A stretch of 47,580 nucleotides of DNA from assembly GCA_964355035.1 (NCBI GenBank), contig CAYHCU010000002.1:1-47580 (forward strand). Reading direction: 5' to 3'. The DNA is from an uncultured Flavobacteriales bacterium. GTDB taxonomy: Bacteria; Bacteroidota; Bacteroidia; AKYH767-A; 2013-40CM-41-45. How positions within the stretch are numbered: position 1 is the first letter of the stretch; each line of letters starts with the position of its first letter. The translations under genes and the position numbers were made by a program. Below are positions 46,128 through 47,580 of this stretch, one piece after another. Below the pieces are notes generated by a model. That model ran no database searches, had not been told where the DNA came from, and saw nothing but the letters and a program-made list of their open reading frames with translations.

Positions 46128-47580
46128 TATTCTACAACAAGCTTCTTAACTTCACTTGTTTTCCCATTGGTCACTCTCACATTATAAATTCCTTTTGCAA
46201 GAGAAGTAAGATCAATCGCTTTACGGTCACCCGACCAGTCGAAATGTTTTTCTAATTCGCCGATCATATTATAAATAGAAAGTGTATAATGTTGATTTGA
46301 TTTCCCGTTGGTGTTGATGGTGACAAATCCTGCTGTTGGATTTGGGTAGATGGCAAATCCAATATAATCGATTTCTTTCACGCTTAATGTAACGGCTGAA
46401 TCATAGTAGATGATAAGATTACTGTTTACATCGAGGACAGGATTAAATCCATCACTGCAATCGGTGCAAGTTGTACCGGTTACGCAGCCCGGATTGTTTG
46501 GGTGACATTGATCAACGTATCCTGTAAAAAATTCGTAGCCAAGACTGATATTTTGATTTGCAACAAAAGATGTCATGTCGTAATCAAAATAAGGAGCAAT
46601 AGAACCGGGGCACCATCCAGAGCGGGCATAAGTCCATGTGCCACTTTGTGGTGAGCAACCGTCAGGGTTAGGATTACATGCTTGCCAATTGTGTTGTGAA
46701 AATGTATTGACCCCATTTACAAAAATTGCATGAGTTGCATCATAAAATTCTGCGGCATTGCCGGTGTTTAAAGATCCCCATCCATGACCGGTGCTCACCA
46801 ATTTTAATTTGGAAGCAATTGCATGGTCAGGAAAAGTATAATTAAAATCAGGCACAGGCTGAAGATTAGCATAGTCGCCAAAAGGATAAACATCTTTCCA
46901 AACTCTTTGCACGCTACTGTATTTATATTGAGGAGCGCCTTCTTTGAAATCAAATTTCAATTGGAAGACAAAGCCGTTATCCAACGTAGTGCAATTCGCT
47001 CTGAACGTCACCTTGCCCTGTAAGAGTGCCCTGTAATCAGCGACATTTATTTGATGAGAACATGCTACACCGAAAGGCGTAATATATCGGATAATCTCGA
47101 ACCATTGTCCATCGTGTCCTTTTGCATCGATACTTGCAACTCTGTCATAAGGACCGCAACCACCGGAAGGACAAGTAACAACCAAGGTAGCAATGATGGT
47201 ATCAAAAGCACCTACATACGAAGGAAGTATTCCCTCGCGTGTTGTCGAACTTGTATCTGTGTTCAACCAAATTCCACTGAAGGCAGAAAGATTGTTAATG
47301 TCGCTGACTGTTTGAACAACATTGATGTTCACGTTTACAACATTTGTTGCACCGAAATTGCTTACGGAAGTAATTTGAATGGTGTAAGGTCCGTAAGAAG
47401 GAGGAGTCCACAAAGCTGTGTAGTGACCGTTTCCATAAGTATCCATTGTTAAATTCTGTCCGCTGATTGAAATAGCAACACTTTGTACACTGAACAATCC
47501 GGCATAATCAATATCTACTAAAGCAGCAATTTGCATAGTAGAAAGAGTCGGCATATATACATTAGCGCCATCAACAGGAT
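46127..47580 (-). CDS. PNGase-F-like protein with a T9SS type A sorting domain. The 5' end lies beyond the window.
   Basis: The frame stays open upstream of the ORF-track Met at 47554 out to the window edge. Blocks CPSGGCGPYDR, GHGWG and W.YARSGWCPG resemble PNGase-F-type domains. The C-terminus reads IYPNPTAGFVTI...GIYNVRV. Confidence 0.75.
   Translation of the reverse strand, partial: PVDGANVYMPTLSTMQIAALVDIDYAGLFSVQSVAISISGQNLTMDTYGNGHYTALWTPPSYGPYTIQITSVSNFGATNVVNVNINVVQTVSDINNLSAFSGIWLNTDTSSTTREGILPSYVGAFDTIIATLVVTCPSGGCGPYDRVASIDAKGHDGQWFEIIRYITPFGVACSHQINVADYRALLQGKVTFRANCTTLDNGFVFQLKFDFKEGAPQYKYSSVQRVWKDVYPFGDYANLQPVPDFNYTFPDHAIASKLKLVSTGHGWGSLNTGNAAEFYDATHAIFVNGVNTFSQHNWQACNPNPDGCSPQSGTWTYARSGWCPGSIAPYFDYDMTSFVANQNISLGYEFFTGYVDQCHPNNPGCVTGTTCTDCSDGFNPVLDVNSNLIIYYDSAVTLSVKEIDYIGFAIYPNPTAGFVTINTNGKSNQHYTLSIYNMIGELEKHFDWSGDRKAIDLTSLAKGIYNVRVTNGKTSEVKKLVVE

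Overview
This 47.6-kb window looks like a Bacteroidota chromosome. The evidence is several T9SS C-terminal sorting domains, TAnnTTTG-type -7 boxes close to start codons, and typical housekeeping genes (mnmG, kup, dusB, ansA, tatD, phnA, tRNA-Ser). All domain calls come from motifs read by eye in the supplied translations; no database search was possible. The layout is as follows. (1) 0-2.8 kb holds a REC-PAS-LytTR regulator (5'-truncated by the window edge) and an ABC-2 exporter. (2) 2.9-8.1 kb holds a 1739-aa T9SS adhesin with 12 PKD modules. (3) 8.3-16 kb holds an envelope-signalling cluster: a TonB-dependent receptor, a YfiR/DUF4154 protein, a 1233-aa hybrid histidine kinase with three receivers, and a REC-histidine kinase. 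(4) 16-36.7 kb holds housekeeping genes mixed with T9SS cargo genes. Its intergenic spacers carry several repeat families: a RAYT-type Y1 transposase flanked by perfect REP palindromes, elements that start at stop codons with a periodic cggaWtt block, and two copies of a conserved core that shows compensatory base changes. (5) 36.7-46.0 kb is an accessory island that looks AT-rich by eye, with every gene on the + strand. It encodes a mobile-mystery A/B pair (HTH + Fic), a HEPN-like protein, a TPR protein, an HKD(PLD)-coiled-coil-J-domain fusion, a FISUMP-domain protein, an HNH nuclease with a DnaJ-type zinc finger, an R-S-E ADP-ribosyltransferase and several small zinc-ribbon or unknown proteins. 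The TPR and FISUMP proteins share a ~25-aa N-terminal module. I recognise no integrase and no core of a known defence system, so this island is my best candidate for an undescribed conflict or effector system. The window ends inside a PNGase-F-like T9SS cargo gene.
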